15,321 nt of DNA from Myxococcales bacterium (GTDB lineage: Bacteria; Myxococcota; Myxococcia; Myxococcales; Anaeromyxobacteraceae). The translations under genes were made by a program, and so were the position numbers. The DNA is taken from the NCBI GenBank assembly GCA_038320275.1, contig JBBQEB010000091.1:1-15321 (forward strand). Direction: 5' to 3'. Under the pieces are notes generated by a model, which was not told the DNA's origin, made no database searches, and worked only from the letters and a program-made list of their open reading frames with translations. Below are positions 14,321 to 15,321 of this stretch, in pieces. Every line of letters begins with the position of its first letter. Position 1 is the first letter of the stretch.

Positions 14321-14788
14321 ATGGTGAACAAGTGCATCCTCGTGGGAAACCTCGGGAAGGACCCCGAGGTGCGATACACGGCCGGTGGTCAGGCCGTCGC
14401 AACCCTGCGCATCGCCACCTCCCGCAGCTGGACCGACAAGGCGTCGGGGCAGCGCAAGGAGGAGACGGAGTGGCACGACGTCGAGGTGTGGGGGAAGCAG
14501 GCCGAGCAGTGCGGGGAGTACCTCGCCAAGGGGCGGCAGGTGTACGTCGAGGGGCGCCTCAAGACCGACAAGTGGCAGGACAAGCAGAGCGGCCAGGATC
14601 GGTACCGCGTGAAGGTGGTGGCCGACGCCGTGCGCTTCCTGGGCGGTGGCGGCGCCGGAGCCGGTGCTGGACGCGCCCGCCCAGCCGGCGCGGGTGGCAC
14701 GGACGAGGGTGGCGCCAGCGGGCCGCCTCCAGGCTTCGACGAAGCGCCGGGTGGCTCCGGAGGTGGGCCGGACGACATTCCGTTCTAG
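14321..14788 (+). CDS. ssb: Single-stranded DNA-binding protein
   Basis: [43 protein letters not shown], Gly-rich linker and DDIPF tail. Confidence 0.98.
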   Translation: MVNKCILVGNLGKDPEVRYTAGGQAVATLRIATSRSWTDKASGQRKEETEWHDVEVWGKQAEQCGEYLAKGRQVYVEGRLKTDKWQDKQSGQDRYRVKVVADAVRFLGGGGAGAGAGRARPAGAGGTDEGGASGPPPGFDEAPGGSGGGPDDIPF

Positions 14789-14794
14789 CCTTCC

Positions 14795-14844
14795 GTCTGC
14801 GGGTGGAGCGATCGTCGCCGTCGCGGATCGCTCCACCCGCGGAC
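14795..14844. terminator. Strong stem-loop after ssb (15-bp perfect arms, 12-nt loop), terminator-like or REP-like
   Basis: GCGGGTGGAGCGATC (14799-14813) pairs with GATCGCTCCACCCGC (14826-14840), extendable by 4 bp with one G-U. No U-tract. Confidence 0.55.
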
Positions 14845-14973
14845 CTGAGCGTCACGGCCAAAGCCAGGTTCGAAGGGGGTTCGTGGTTCACCCCGGCCAC
14901 CGCTCGCGCCGAGCTTCGGGCCGACGGCCGGTCGCAGAACGGCGGCCGGGATCGCTCCCACACGCTGTAGCCG

Positions 14974-14982
14974 TGGTACGAT
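14974..14982 (+). promoter_or_regulatory. Putative extended -10 promoter (TG-G-TACGAT)
   Basis: TGnTAnnnT pattern ending 15 nt before ATG 14998. Confidence 0.45.
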
Positions 14983-14997
14983 CCGGGCTCGTTCGCG

Positions 14998-15321
14998 ATG
15001 CCCCCCTCCGCCGCCGAGAGATACGAGCGCATTCTTCAGGCCGACCCTCGTTCGCGGGTCTTCGTCGAGCTTGCGCGGGCGCTGCTGGAGGGCGGCGACG
15101 CCCCCCGAGCGGCGGAGGTCTGTCGCAATGGTCTCCGCCACCATCCCACCTCGGTGCAGGGTCATGTGCTCTGGGCGAGAGCTCTCCTCGCGCAAGGCCA
15201 GGTGGAGGAAGCGGTCGCGGGGGTCGCGGGCCGGGGGGGCCACGACCCCCCCCCCGCGGGAGCGGGGGGCCAGGCGGCCGCGGCGCGTGTGGGGGGCGGC
15301 CACGCCCACCGCCCCCCGACA
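14998..15321 (+). CDS. TPR protein, 3'-truncated by the window end
   Basis: Not in the ORF track because it has no stop. MPPSAAERYERILQADPRSRVFVELARALLEGGDAPRAAEVCRNGLRHHPTSVQGHVLWARALLAQGQVEEA is a TPR pattern. Sequence after ~15220 looks unreliable. Confidence 0.8.
   Translation, partial: MPPSAAERYERILQADPRSRVFVELARALLEGGDAPRAAEVCRNGLRHHPTSVQGHVLWARALLAQGQVEEAVAGVAGRGGHDPPPAGAGGQAAAARVGGGHAHRPPT

Noticed and set aside
15220..15321. G/C homopolymer-rich tail as a G-quadruplex or phase-variable tract
   Set aside because: The TPR pattern collapses abruptly at the window end. This is most likely low-quality contig-end sequence and needs read inspection.

Overview
Very GC-rich chromosomal segment. 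Its composition, hexamer Pro/Thr repeats and gene content suggest a myxobacterium (Anaeromyxobacter-like); this is inferred, not proven. The host-like backbone on the left holds the 3' part of a large helical-repeat protein, a Cys-rich lipoprotein, an RHH-antitoxin/PIN-toxin pair, queC and a small PHA-system-family protein. On the right it holds a small hypothetical gene, an overlapping SPW-repeat / N6-adenine DNA methyltransferase / dacB trio, ssb and the start of a TPR protein. Between them (~4100-9140) lies a lower-GC accessory islet. The islet contains a class II Fic protein with a perfect 12-bp palindrome upstream, a hairpin-rich degenerate stretch, a 772-aa GH16 glycoside hydrolase and a SAM-dependent methyltransferase. 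The most novel-looking element is the GH16 protein. It carries four copies of a ~47-aa Cys/aromatic repeat (CxxGGxxxGPNC...YWVD...GVYYA) that I do not recognise, two inserted inside the catalytic domain and two at the C-terminus.
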